This document shows, in pieces, positions 38,862 to 49,197 of a stretch of 64,000 nucleotides of DNA; the first letter of the stretch is position 1; each line of letters begins with the position of its first letter. The notes beneath the pieces were generated by a model that worked only from the letters and a program-made list of their open reading frames with translations, was not told where the DNA came from and searched no databases. The stretch comes from an uncultured virus (IMG/VR IMGVR_UViG_3300042691_048250) (lineage: Duplodnaviria > Heunggongvirae > Uroviricota > Caudoviricetes): the IMG/VR virus record IMGVR_UViG_3300042691_048250. The stretch is one strand, 5' to 3'. The position numbers and the translations under genes were made by a program.

Positions 38862-40086
38862 GACGCTGGCGATATCTTCGGCTCAATATTGGTGCCCAGG
38901 GGGACACAGAACGTCTCTGCCTATGATATTCCATGCCTTTCTCTCGTTTGCGTTGTGTAATATTGGTCAACCATACACGGCTATGCGCTGAATCCTTGAC
39001 CTGAGATATACCAGCAAGGAAATTGTCGCGGAATTCGGACATCACAGCGTCTCTAAAATCCATACCAAAGAACCATTCACGATTGTACCGGGCGATTTCA
39101 TACAAATATTCATGCAATTGTTTTTTCTCTGCAGTGGGTAGTTGGGACAAGCGTTGCATTTCACACAAGATTAGATCCATGCGTCGTATCGGATCAGTCT
39201 CAGTGTCATAGGTCTCGTCTATCAATGGATCGAAGGTTTTGAATCCGTAGTCTCTAAGGTATTGCAAACAACCCGGTGAGCTCATCAATATGAAAGGATG
39301 ACCAACTGCGATAGGTCGTAAAATCTTTTCGGTGAGATGTTGCACAGGACGCACATAGTTGGTTTCCATGACCACAGATATAGCTGTGTCTACAAAATCT
39401 CTATTGCAATAATCCGCGCTGGCATCACCACTGGCTGTGCAAGGGCGTATCTTGGTAACGAGCCGAGACAGATCATCCACGGCGAATCTTGGATCTTGGA
39501 AAACATGATCCTGCATGTGGGTTTGATTTTCTACCAATAGCATGCTATGGTGGCAATTGGGCTGGAGCCCGCGATGGCAAAGTTGATCAGCAAATCTCAA
39601 TCTATACTCTCGGCTGCCTTGCCAACCTCGGCTGTAGATTAAGAAATCTCGCAGACAGGAAGTGCCGACTCTGTCCAGCACTGGATCGTAACGAGCGTAC
39701 CGATACCAGTCCAGAGCCAGCACAGCATGACTCCAGAAGTATACCGTGGTCCATCCTGCATCTTTGTATTTTTCTACTTGATCGCTGTTTTTTTCACTGT
39801 GAGTGATCATGAAACTGTCGTGTACGTTGTTCCACCACCGCCAACGGAGATTCAAATCTCGAAGGAAAGAACTGGGTATTTGTGCTTGAAAATGTGCTTG
39901 ATCCTGCATGCGATCATCTGTGTACAAGTTCCAGTCCAGCAATTCTTGATCATGGCTCATAACCGTGGGCCAGTAACGCAGCTGGCGGAGATTTCTATGC
40001 ACAAACATGTTCCAACCGTCTAAATTACGGTTTTGTAAGTCTTGTAAAAAAAATAGATTGATCTTGCGATTGGATAAATCAAGCAT
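38848..40086 (-). CDS. Glycosyltransferase-like (GT-B/GT10-related) protein; start 40086 or 40116
   Basis: VMET...LTEKILRPI..GHPF...GFKTF...DETYD shared with 54184 and 55131. Confidence 0.55.
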   Translation of the reverse strand: MLDLSNRKINLFFLQDLQNRNLDGWNMFVHRNLRQLRYWPTVMSHDQELLDWNLYTDDRMQDQAHFQAQIPSSFLRDLNLRWRWWNNVHDSFMITHSEKNSDQVEKYKDAGWTTVYFWSHAVLALDWYRYARYDPVLDRVGTSCLRDFLIYSRGWQGSREYRLRFADQLCHRGLQPNCHHSMLLVENQTHMQDHVFQDPRFAVDDLSRLVTKIRPCTASGDASADYCNRDFVDTAISVVMETNYVRPVQHLTEKILRPIAVGHPFILMSSPGCLQYLRDYGFKTFDPLIDETYDTETDPIRRMDLILCEMQRLSQLPTAEKKQLHEYLYEIARYNREWFFGMDFRDAVMSEFRDNFLAGISQVKDSAHSRVWLTNITQRKREKGMEYHRQRRSVSPWAPILSRRYRQRLSGE

Positions 40087-40114
40087 GTAATCGTAGATCT
40101 TGTATGAAGGAATC

Positions 40115-41368
40115 ATGATGATAGATATAGGTTTTATTGGATTGGGAAAACTGGGATTGGACTGTGCCGAAGTTTTCTCACAGCACTATCGTGTCCGGGG
40201 TTATGATATTTACCCGCGCCAGAGCTGCACCGTGCAAGTTTGCAGTGCCCAAGAAACCATCGCCAAAAGTGATTGGATCTTTGTAGCAGTACCTACACCG
40301 CATGCCGCGGGGTATGATGGATCGGAACCCAGCAGTCATTTACCACCAAGAGATTTTGGACATGATGCAGTGCTTGATGCCTTGCGCTTGATCAACCAAC
40401 ATGCAGATCGTCCCAAAAAAGTGGTATTGATTTCCACAGTCTTGCCCGGCACCACACGCAAGTATTTCGTCCCGGTATTGGACCAACAGCATCAATTCCT
40501 TTACAATCCTTATCTCATTGCCATGGGATCTGTCAAATGGGACATGATAAATCCAGAGATGGTCATGATCGGTACCGAACACGGACGGTCAACTTCTCTG
40601 GCCGAGCAACTGATTGATATCTATAGACCATTGATGCAGAATGCTCCAAGATACGAGATAGGCACCTGGGAAGAATGCGAAGCTATAAAGATTTTTTACA
40701 ATACGTTTATTTCGGCCAAGGTCGGGCTGGTCAACATGATACAGGATTTTGCCATCAAGATTGGCAACATAAATGTAGATGTGGTAACATCGGCGCTGGC
40801 CAAATCAACCATGCGCATCATGGGACCCAAGTATACCACAGCGGGCATGGGCGATGCCGGAGCTTGCCACCCCAGAGACAACATCGCTCTGCGCTGGTTG
40901 GCTCAAGAATATGATATTGGTTATGACCTGTTCGACACTATCATGCATGCCCGAGAAATACAGGCCAAGAACTTGGCCAAGTTCTTGGTACAACAAGTAG
41001 AAAATCACGTTGAGTGCGACAACCAGCCTATAGCCATACACGGCAAAGCCTACAAACCCGATGTGCCTTACTGCATTGGTAGTTACTCCACGCTGGTCGG
41101 ATACTATATTAAACAACTGGGGCACTCGGTGGTCTATATCGATCCCTTGGCCGATGATCAGACTGACGTGGTCACAGATCTTGGTAATAGACCGCATGTG
41201 GTACTCTGGGCTCACAATAGACAAGTGACCTATGACTATACTGGAGCCACCGCTGAGACTCTACCCTATTGCCAAATCCCGCAGGGATCTGTAATCGTCG
41301 ATCCTTGGCGCAAGATGGGTCTCACAGGCCAACACACTATCATACATTATGGCAATACCAGATCATAG
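40115..41368 (+). CDS. UDP-glucose/GDP-mannose dehydrogenase family
   Basis: GFIGLGKLG, AVPTP, STVLPGT, KIFYN, GACHPRD, AYKP. Confidence 0.9.
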   Translation: MMIDIGFIGLGKLGLDCAEVFSQHYRVRGYDIYPRQSCTVQVCSAQETIAKSDWIFVAVPTPHAAGYDGSEPSSHLPPRDFGHDAVLDALRLINQHADRPKKVVLISTVLPGTTRKYFVPVLDQQHQFLYNPYLIAMGSVKWDMINPEMVMIGTEHGRSTSLAEQLIDIYRPLMQNAPRYEIGTWEECEAIKIFYNTFISAKVGLVNMIQDFAIKIGNINVDVVTSALAKSTMRIMGPKYTTAGMGDAGACHPRDNIALRWLAQEYDIGYDLFDTIMHAREIQAKNLAKFLVQQVENHVECDNQPIAIHGKAYKPDVPYCIGSYSTLVGYYIKQLGHSVVYIDPLADDQTDVVTDLGNRPHVVLWAHNRQVTYDYTGATAETLPYCQIPQGSVIVDPWRKMGLTGQHTIIHYGNTRS

Positions 41369-41885
41369 CAATACCTGGACCAGGACCTGGATCCAGCCTT
41401 GGTGGAAAAATCATCAAGATCTTGATTATGTTAACGAACCTTTCAATGATACTCAAAGCCTTGGTCTTTGGCGTAGCATGGGTTATACGCAAACCAAGTT
41501 CACTGGGGATATGTATGACATGCGCAACCCCGAACCCGATTGGATCAGCCCTTTCCGAAGTCACTTCAACTGGCAACATTTTTGCTGGTCTGTATACAGG
41601 ATGACTCCTGGCTGTGTACTACCCAATCATTCTGACACCTATGCCCGTTTCCGAGAAATCTACAAGATTCAAAACCCAGATTCGATCTATCGTGCAGTGG
41701 TATTCTTAGAAGATTGGCAAAGCGGCCATTACTTTGAAATCGATAACACGCCTTTGGTCACATGGCGTGCTGGGGATACAATAATTTGGCACAACGACGT
41801 CAAACACTTGGCGGCCAACATGGGCATGACCAATAGATACACTTTACAAATTACTGGAGTCCCGTATGCACATACATTCGTTTGA
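41349..41885 (+). CDS. 2OG-Fe(II) oxygenase / cupin-like
   Basis: LPNHSD, W..GD, HLAANMG..RYTLQITG. Confidence 0.7.
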   Translation: MAIPDHSNTWTRTWIQPWWKNHQDLDYVNEPFNDTQSLGLWRSMGYTQTKFTGDMYDMRNPEPDWISPFRSHFNWQHFCWSVYRMTPGCVLPNHSDTYARFREIYKIQNPDSIYRAVVFLEDWQSGHYFEIDNTPLVTWRAGDTIIWHNDVKHLAANMGMTNRYTLQITGVPYAHTFV

Positions 41886-42792
41886 TGAATGGTCTCCGCT
41901 GAAAGAAATCATAGTAGGCAGTGCCACTGGCGCACGCTGGCTTGATGACGATCCAGTTTGGCAAAAAGAGCGAGAAAAAACAACTTGGACTGAAACAACA
42001 CCGCCATCGGGTACCGTTCCCCAATGGATCGTGGACGAGACCAATGAAGATTTGCAAGGCTTGGTGGATATCTTGGTCCAAGCTGGGGTCGCTGTACACA
42101 GACCTGCTCCGATGGATTTCCAGATCTATGGGGGCATGTACAATTACTGTCCCCGTGACAGATTGTTGATAGCCGGCAGCACCATTGTAGACACAGCCAT
42201 GATGTATCCTGGCAGAGACGCTGAAATATTCGCATTAGAAGAAGTCTGGAGGATCAATCCGCACAGGATCATGATCACCATGCCCAGAGATCAAGACATG
42301 ATCTGCGATGCTGCCAATGTATGCAGGCTGGGCGACCATTGGTTGTTTTTACAAAGTGCTTCAGGCAATCGCCGGGCCTATGATTGGTTGTGTGAAAACT
42401 TTCCCCATGTGCGCATAGAATTATGTAATTTTTACGCAGGTGTACATATCGACAGCACCGTGGTTCCGTTGCGAGAGGGCTTGGTCATGCTCAATGCCGG
42501 ACGTGTATCCGAACAAACAGTGCCGCAGTGCCTGAAATCCTGGGACAAAATCTGGGTGGAAGATGTTGTGGCTCGAGATTTTTACCAATATCCCTATGCA
42601 TCTAAATGGATAGGTATGAACACTCTTAGCATAGATCCACAAACAGTGATAGTGGACCGACTGCAAACCCAGCTAATTAAACAAATAGAACGGCATAATA
42701 TCACTGTGATTCCGCATGAATTGAGACATAGCCGCACCCTGGGCGGTGGATTCCATTGTGTGACCTTGGATACCTGGAGAGAAAATGATTGA
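41866..42792 (+). CDS. Amidinotransferase (glycine/inosamine-phosphate family)
   Basis: EWSPLKEIIVG, CPRD, DAAN, HIDST, GGFHCVTLD. Confidence 0.9.
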   Translation: MHIHSFDEWSPLKEIIVGSATGARWLDDDPVWQKEREKTTWTETTPPSGTVPQWIVDETNEDLQGLVDILVQAGVAVHRPAPMDFQIYGGMYNYCPRDRLLIAGSTIVDTAMMYPGRDAEIFALEEVWRINPHRIMITMPRDQDMICDAANVCRLGDHWLFLQSASGNRRAYDWLCENFPHVRIELCNFYAGVHIDSTVVPLREGLVMLNAGRVSEQTVPQCLKSWDKIWVEDVVARDFYQYPYASKWIGMNTLSIDPQTVIVDRLQTQLIKQIERHNITVIPHELRHSRTLGGGFHCVTLDTWREND

Positions 42793-44068
42793 TTCAAAAT
42801 ACATAGAAGATCTCATCAATGATCAGATTTCCCGCACTGTTGAGGACCGGGTCGATGCCATACTGGCACAAAACAAGTTGTTTGACGAAATTGAGATGAG
42901 GATCACAGAACACGTCAAAGGTCGCATCACAGCTCGTTTTGCCAATTTATCGTCGATGCCTGATCTCGTGGCCACGGTGAAAACCAGCGTCAAAGAACTC
43001 ATGGATCAGGGCTCCTTACCTGGGCTTGGTGATTATGTGCAGGAAGATGTGATACGCCGATCTATAGACAACAGTGTGCAATCACTGATCAAACAGGTTC
43101 TGGATGATCTTACCGTGGATCAACAATGGTTGGAAAAAATAGAGTCAGTCATCAATCAAACTTTCAGCCAAAAGATCTCACAGAAACTCAATACTATAGA
43201 TGTCAATCACGCCATAGCAGGCAACATCGATAATGCCGTGGCACGTTGGTATGAAAAGCATCCTCGTCCTTCGGGCATGATCGATACAGCACAGCAAATC
43301 GAGATCACGGTCATGGATGGTGCTGTGGTCATTGAAAGAGACCTGCACAGTGAAAATCTCTTCGTAGAATCAGATGCTGAAATAAAGAAAAATCTTACCG
43401 TTAACAATTTAGTGGTCAAAGGCAGTATCAACACCGACAATCATAGTTGGAATGAGCTATCCGGACATATCACTGATCAGTGTCTCAACCAAATCAATCA
43501 GCAATGGCGCGATCAATTGATAGAACAAGTTCTCGATATGAGCAAGAGATCTGGCATAGACTTTGCTTCTGTGCTGGTCAACGGTTCGACCTTGGTTGAC
43601 GGTGACTGCCTTGGACAGACTATCAAGCATAGCCATCTTCTCACTGTGGGAGTGCTACAGGACCTTACAGTGACTGGTGCATCTAATCTTTCTGGCACCA
43701 TGACAGTGGACCGCAATCGTGTAGGCATCAACACTCAATCTCCCGAAAGTGCTCTCAATGTCTGGGATCAAGAAGTTTCAATAGTAGCAGGCAAACTCAA
43801 AGAACAAACAGCATTCATAGGCACCAGTCGGGCACAGGCCTTGAGCATTGGTGTCAATAGATCGCCTGCAATAGAAATTTCAGTGGATGGGGGTGTGGCA
43901 GTGAAAAATCTACGAGTTGGTCGCCATCGCATTGTGCATGAAGCAGAGATGCCGGGCTATAGTGGAACCAAGGGCGACATTGTATTCAACAGCAATCCCA
44001 AAGGGGATGGTGTCTGGGCATGGCAATGTTTAGGTGCATTTCGCTGGATTCCGCTCAGGACTGCATGA
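42785..44068 (+). CDS. Fibre-like structural protein (putative)
   Basis: Helical N-part, RVGINT, C-terminal GDIVFNSNP...W.C. Confidence 0.55.
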   Translation: MIDSKYIEDLINDQISRTVEDRVDAILAQNKLFDEIEMRITEHVKGRITARFANLSSMPDLVATVKTSVKELMDQGSLPGLGDYVQEDVIRRSIDNSVQSLIKQVLDDLTVDQQWLEKIESVINQTFSQKISQKLNTIDVNHAIAGNIDNAVARWYEKHPRPSGMIDTAQQIEITVMDGAVVIERDLHSENLFVESDAEIKKNLTVNNLVVKGSINTDNHSWNELSGHITDQCLNQINQQWRDQLIEQVLDMSKRSGIDFASVLVNGSTLVDGDCLGQTIKHSHLLTVGVLQDLTVTGASNLSGTMTVDRNRVGINTQSPESALNVWDQEVSIVAGKLKEQTAFIGTSRAQALSIGVNRSPAIEISVDGGVAVKNLRVGRHRIVHEAEMPGYSGTKGDIVFNSNPKGDGVWAWQCLGAFRWIPLRTA

Positions 44069-44619
44069 TGCGTATCAGCTGGGTGTTGCAATCAGATTAC
44101 AGATTTGATCCTTCTATGGACATGGATCGTCTTAAAAGCGTGGGACCTCTCTGGGGCAGTTGGCAAACTTGGAGAGATTGCACGACAGACAATGTGATAT
44201 CTCACGAAATGGCCAAATGCCGTGAACTGTTAGATCGAGCATTCCAGGCTGTATGTAATTTTTATATTCCTAAGAAACATTATCAATCTTTGAACCGACC
44301 CATGGGTGTCAAACTTTACGAGGGAGATTTCATGCAAGAAGTCACCAACATTGAAGACATAGTATCTATGCATCTTGCCAGCCAGCAAAGCGATATAATA
44401 TTGTTATTGGGTTTTGATCTGAGTATGTCAACGTCCGCCAGCGACAAATATGAATTACATAAATTCAAAAACTATCATGGACTGATACGTAGTATCATCC
44501 ATTCAACTCCGGAAGTGCAGTGGGTGTGTGTGGACCATCGTGGGGACTTTGACAAGGCCTATGGCGATCTTGGCAATCTAAGCCAAGATCACATGCAAAG
44601 GGTATTTGAGATGCTGTAA
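44065..44619 (+). CDS. Hypothetical protein
   Basis: ILLLGFD motif. Confidence 0.6.
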   Translation: MMRISWVLQSDYRFDPSMDMDRLKSVGPLWGSWQTWRDCTTDNVISHEMAKCRELLDRAFQAVCNFYIPKKHYQSLNRPMGVKLYEGDFMQEVTNIEDIVSMHLASQQSDIILLLGFDLSMSTSASDKYELHKFKNYHGLIRSIIHSTPEVQWVCVDHRGDFDKAYGDLGNLSQDHMQRVFEML

Positions 44620-44654
44620 CGAGCAATGCTAATTGCGGACGCCTGAGTTAGTTA

Positions 44655-44891
44655 TTATTCGGTCAGTGTGATCGCGCTGGATGCGGCAGGAGGAAGCATG
44701 ATATTTAGGCTATAATTGATCCATTTGTTGGCATCGTTAATATCGCTAAATTTATGGGTACTGGTCCGGTTATCATTTGTTGATAATTTTTCGATACGGC
44801 TGGGACAATTGGAAGAGATCCAGGCGATAGCTTCCGTGGTCCGATCTCCATTGTTCTCATTGTATTGGTTTGTAACGTGGTAAATGGGCAT
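44655..44891 (-). CDS. Small hypothetical late protein
   Basis: TAAATA and AAGGAG upstream on minus strand. Confidence 0.6.
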   Translation of the reverse strand: MPIYHVTNQYNENNGDRTTEAIAWISSNCPSRIEKLSTNDNRTSTHKFSDINDANKWINYSLNIMLPPAASSAITLTE

Positions 44892-44964
44892 AAGGTTCTC
44901 CTTGTTCTGAAATATTTATGCCAAAATAGGTTGTGCCAAATCAAAGGGTGTGTTACAATAAAGT

Positions 44965-45990
44965 ATGACTACAAATCGCATTGGTTTCTGCTGTAAATGG
45001 CTCAATGATCCAAGTGAATGCGGGGGCATGAAAGTCAACGCCAAAGATCGTGATCTCAATGGTCGTAGCACCACCATGCGGTGGCTACGCGAGCACCCTG
45101 AAGAAGCCGAACAGCGGCAATGGGACATCATGAATCACAATGCTCGAGCTGCGTTAAACATGGTAGAACGGGTGGGTAGTCTACGCCCCGAACTGCGCAT
45201 GGTGCGTCTGGGCAGTGAAATGCTACAGGGCTATACAGAACCCAACTGGAAAGCCTGGTGGCAACAAAGTGATGTGCAACAACACGTTGAAAAAATATTC
45301 CGGCCCGTGGGCGATCGTGCTCGCGAACTTGATGTACGCCTCAGTTTCCATCCAGGCCAGTTTTGTGTGTTGGCCAGCGCATCAGACGAAATCGTAGAAC
45401 GCAGTATCGAAGAATTTGAATATCATGCTGATATGGCTCGTTGGATGGGCTATGGCGATACCTGGCATGATCATGGGTTCAAGATCAACGTTCATCTATC
45501 GGGCAAAGGCGGCCCGGCAAAATTCTTGCAAACGCTAAGTAAGCTGTCCCCCGAGGCCCGAAACCTCATAACTATCGAAAACGACGAGATATCAAATGGT
45601 CTGGATGTTACTCTTGCTGTGGCTGATCACGTGGCTCTTGTGTTGGACATTCACCACCACTGGATCAACACCGGCGAATATATTGAACCCGAGGACGATC
45701 GTGCGAAGCGGGTTATTGAGTCTTGGCGTGGTGTGCGTCCTGCTCTCCATTTTAGTGTTAGCCGCGAAGATATTCTTGTGGATCATCCTACCGGAGATCG
45801 TCCAGATCTTGCAACATTACTTGGACGCGGCTATCGTAAACAGCACCTCCGGGCACATTCGGACTTTTATTGGAACACCGCTGTGAACAACTGGGCCGCT
45901 GGATTCAGTGATGCTTGGGATATCCAGTGCGAAAGCAAAGGCAAAAATCTTGCATCATTTGCATTTGCTGAGGCACATGTCCTCGATTGA
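44965..45990 (+). CDS. uvsE: UV damage endonuclease UvsE
   Basis: RLSFHPGQF, IENDE, LDIHHHW, AHSD, ESKGKN. Confidence 0.92.
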   Translation: MTTNRIGFCCKWLNDPSECGGMKVNAKDRDLNGRSTTMRWLREHPEEAEQRQWDIMNHNARAALNMVERVGSLRPELRMVRLGSEMLQGYTEPNWKAWWQQSDVQQHVEKIFRPVGDRARELDVRLSFHPGQFCVLASASDEIVERSIEEFEYHADMARWMGYGDTWHDHGFKINVHLSGKGGPAKFLQTLSKLSPEARNLITIENDEISNGLDVTLAVADHVALVLDIHHHWINTGEYIEPEDDRAKRVIESWRGVRPALHFSVSREDILVDHPTGDRPDLATLLGRGYRKQHLRAHSDFYWNTAVNNWAAGFSDAWDIQCESKGKNLASFAFAEAHVLD

Positions 45991-46759
45991 CATTCCTTTT
46001 CCAGTAGAAGTTCCCTACGCCATGCGCCCACACATGCGGTCGTGGCAGCCTAGCGAGTCTATACTCACTACCGACAGTGATTTTGATAGGTACCAGGATG
46101 AAAAAATCTGGTGTTACGATCCTGTATATGGCGACAGTGCTGGAAAACAATTAGTCTATGATGCAGTTGATGCTTTGCGTCGGTATGATTCTTCGGCTCC
46201 CATCATCTCGGGCGATGCTCCAGTATGGCAACTGACACGTTCCTTGCAAGAAGATTTTGTTATATGGGCGCCAAACAAAGACGGCAAGTTATCGGCACAG
46301 ATACTCAGCGTGTGTTTGCCCTCAGGATGGGAACCCCGGAGCAAGGTGAACAAAACATTTTTAGAAATACACGAGCCGGTACCGGATTTTGATACCGTTA
46401 ATCGAGCCTCGGATCACATGGCCAAAATGATCACGGAACGTGGGCCTTTTATCCGTCATGTATGGTCTATATGCAATAGACCTGGTTTGAATCGCAGGCC
46501 GGACCTATGCCGACCTTGGACAAACGAAACCATGGATAACATGTGGTTTCGTAGCGAACGGCAAGTCACTGTACCTATGGATGGTCGAGGTGCGCTATTT
46601 TTGATCAGAGTCTACATGAGACCTTTGAGAGACATCATGCAGGATGCCCACAAGGCCCAGACCATAGTTGACAGCATCATGTCTATGACAGATGCTGTGT
46701 TAGATTACAAAGATTTTAGGTATCTAAAACAATATTTTTTAAATCGACCAGTCATTTAG
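45977..46759 (+). CDS. DUF3445 / heme-dependent oxidative N-demethylase alpha-like
   Basis: LQEDF, VCLPSGW..K....EIHEPVP, RHVWSI, FRSERQ, LFLIRVY. Confidence 0.75.
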   Translation: MSSIDIPFPVEVPYAMRPHMRSWQPSESILTTDSDFDRYQDEKIWCYDPVYGDSAGKQLVYDAVDALRRYDSSAPIISGDAPVWQLTRSLQEDFVIWAPNKDGKLSAQILSVCLPSGWEPRSKVNKTFLEIHEPVPDFDTVNRASDHMAKMITERGPFIRHVWSICNRPGLNRRPDLCRPWTNETMDNMWFRSERQVTVPMDGRGALFLIRVYMRPLRDIMQDAHKAQTIVDSIMSMTDAVLDYKDFRYLKQYFLNRPVI

Positions 46760-46955
46760 TTTTTTTAGGTCTGGCTGTCTTGGTCTTGGCTACAACCTTT
46801 TTTGCTGTGGTTTTGACTTTGTCTGCGGCCACTTTGGCTTCGGCCTTGACACCGCACACAGCAGTATGTACTGCCGCTTTGACTTCGGCTTGGTCAACCT
46901 TGCCATCTTTGTTGGCATCGGCTTTGGCAAAAAGTTTCTTAAAGTATGCTAACAT
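46752..46955 (-). CDS. EF-hand plus Lys/Ala-rich histone-like tail protein
   Basis: DANKDGKVDQAE loop; K/A/T tail; AGGAG SD and TAAATA. Confidence 0.7.
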   Translation of the reverse strand: MLAYFKKLFAKADANKDGKVDQAEVKAAVHTAVCGVKAEAKVAADKVKTTAKKVVAKTKTARPKKTK

Positions 46956-47015
46956 GCGTCGGCTCCTGTAAATAGACATATATTTAGCCCAGAACTTCAC
47001 GATAAATCATTCTGT

Positions 47016-47028
47016 GTTGCACTGCAAC
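47016..47028. promoter_or_regulatory. PhaR-like palindromic box
   Basis: GTTGCACTGCAAC abutting TAAATA upstream of aceA. Confidence 0.45.
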
Positions 47029-47056
47029 TAAATATCGCATAAAACAGGAGATTCCG

Positions 47057-48337
47057 ATGGACAACGATCGTAAATGGCAAGCGTATAACCTTCAAAAAGA
47101 ATGGGCTGAAAATCCTCGATGGAGAGGAATCAAACGAGGTTATTCTGCCGAAGATGTAGTGCGATTGCGAGGTAGCGTCCAAGAGGAACATACCCTGGCA
47201 CGCCGAGGAGCCGAGAGACTGTGGCGAGATCTCAACGAAACTGATTATGTCAATGCCTTGGGTGCATTGACTGGCATGCAGGCACTGCAACAAGCCAAGG
47301 CTGGTCTGCGAGCCATCTATCTCAGCGGCTGGCAAGTCGCGGCCGATGCCAATCTTGGAAGTGAAATGTACCCCGATCAGAGTTTGTATCCCGCCAACTC
47401 AGTACCGGCCGTGGTACGCCGTATCAACAACACGTTTAAGCGTGCGGATGAGATACAGTGGATGGAAGGCGTTGAAGACACAGATTATTTTATACCCATC
47501 GTGGCCGATGCCGAAGCCGGCTTTGGTGGGGTGCTGAATGCTTTTGAACTGATGAAAGGAATGATACATGCAGGAGCCGCAGGAGTACACTTCGAAGATC
47601 AGCTTGCGTCTGTCAAAAAATGCGGACACATGGGTGGCAAAGTCTTGGTCCCGACTCGGGAGGCTGTGGCTAAACTCATATCGGCACGTCTTGCTTCTGA
47701 TGTCATGGGTATTCCTACTGTGCTTATCGCTCGCACTGATGCAGAAGCCGCCGACTTGGTTACATCAGACATTGACCCTAACGACGAGCCCTTCCTCACC
47801 GGTGAGCGAACTGTGGAAGGCTTTTTCAGATCCGCCAACGGAATCAACCAGGCCATAAGTCGCGGCTTGGCCTATGCACCTTACGCTGATTTAGTGTGGT
47901 GCGAAACTGGTGTGCCTGATCTGTCCTTCGCTAAACAATTTGCCGAGGCAATGCATAAACAATATCCTGGCAAAATGTTGGCATATAACTGCTCACCCTC
48001 GTTTAACTGGAAGAAGAATCTCGACGACGCTACCATAGCAAAATTCCAGAGAGAACTTGGCGCCATGGGCTACAAGTTCCAGTTCATCACCCTGGCTGGT
48101 TTCCATCAGCTCAACTATGGAATGTTTGATCTCGCACATGGTTACGCTCGTGATGGCATGACATCGTTTGTCAAATTGCAAGAACAAGAGTTTGCCGCAG
48201 CTGATCGTGGATTCACTGCTGTGAAACACCAGCGCGAAGTTGGTACCACATACTTTGACGCAGTAACCACCACTGTGGAAAGCGATTCATCTACTCAGGC
48301 CATGAAAGGTTCCACGGAAGAAGGGCAGTTCCACTGA
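47057..48337 (+). CDS. aceA: Isocitrate lyase
   Basis: [50 protein letters not shown]. Confidence 0.98.
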   Translation: MDNDRKWQAYNLQKEWAENPRWRGIKRGYSAEDVVRLRGSVQEEHTLARRGAERLWRDLNETDYVNALGALTGMQALQQAKAGLRAIYLSGWQVAADANLGSEMYPDQSLYPANSVPAVVRRINNTFKRADEIQWMEGVEDTDYFIPIVADAEAGFGGVLNAFELMKGMIHAGAAGVHFEDQLASVKKCGHMGGKVLVPTREAVAKLISARLASDVMGIPTVLIARTDAEAADLVTSDIDPNDEPFLTGERTVEGFFRSANGINQAISRGLAYAPYADLVWCETGVPDLSFAKQFAEAMHKQYPGKMLAYNCSPSFNWKKNLDDATIAKFQRELGAMGYKFQFITLAGFHQLNYGMFDLAHGYARDGMTSFVKLQEQEFAAADRGFTAVKHQREVGTTYFDAVTTTVESDSSTQAMKGSTEEGQFH

Positions 48338-48441
48338 TGCGCATGTGGAAAGGAGTACCCCCTCGCAAGCGTAACCAGACCATTGGCTTTTTGATTATCT
48401 GGTTGGTTGGTGGCTTTATTGCTATCTGGGTAAATATCTAA
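48337..48441 (+). CDS. Small membrane peptide (34 aa, not in ORF track)
   Basis: TGATG overlap; basic N-terminus plus TM helix. Confidence 0.45.
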   Translation: MRMWKGVPPRKRNQTIGFLIIWLVGGFIAIWVNI

Positions 48442-48489
48442 TGTTAGAAACAATTTTAGTTACTGTGCTTTCAAAACCCAAATAACTCT

Positions 48490-49197
48490 ATGACCCTATT
48501 CATATACATCCTGGTGATGACACACATCACCATAGCCTGTGTTACTCTTTATTTGCATCGCAGCCAAGCACATAGAGGAGTCACATTCGATCCACGTGTG
48601 GCACATTTCATGAGATTTTGGCTGTGGCTGACCACAGGCATGGTCACCAAACAGTGGGTTGCCACACACAGGAAACATCACAGATTCACCGATGTAGAAG
48701 GTGATCCACACAGTCCACAAAATGAAGGTATCTGGCAGATACTGCTGGGTGGTGCTTTCTACTATGCAGAAGCTGCCAAAGATCGCCAGATGGTCGAACA
48801 ATATGGTGTGGGCACACCCGATGACTGGGTGGAACGCAATGTATATACACCCTACAACCTTGCAGGCATAGCACTCATGTTGATCATAGATCTATTATTA
48901 TTTGGCTGGTGGGGCATATTGGCCTGGGGCTGGCAAATGATTTGGATCCCTTTGTGGGCAGCCGGTGTCATAAACGGCCTGGGACACTGGTGGGGGTATA
49001 GGAACACTCAAACCAAAGACTATTCCACTAATATTGTGCCCTGGGCATTCTTCATCGGTGGCGAAGAACTGCACAACAATCATCATGCAGATCCTGCCTC
49101 GCCAAAACTCAGCCAAAAACCCTGGGAATGGGATCTGGGTTGGACCTATATCAAACTGCTACAACGTCTGGACTTGGCACAGGTCAAAACTGTTTAA
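48490..49197 (+). CDS. Membrane fatty acid (delta-9-like) desaturase
   Basis: His boxes HRSQAH, HRKHH, HNNHH. Confidence 0.93.
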   Translation: MTLFIYILVMTHITIACVTLYLHRSQAHRGVTFDPRVAHFMRFWLWLTTGMVTKQWVATHRKHHRFTDVEGDPHSPQNEGIWQILLGGAFYYAEAAKDRQMVEQYGVGTPDDWVERNVYTPYNLAGIALMLIIDLLLFGWWGILAWGWQMIWIPLWAAGVINGLGHWWGYRNTQTKDYSTNIVPWAFFIGGEELHNNHHADPASPKLSQKPWEWDLGWTYIKLLQRLDLAQVKTV

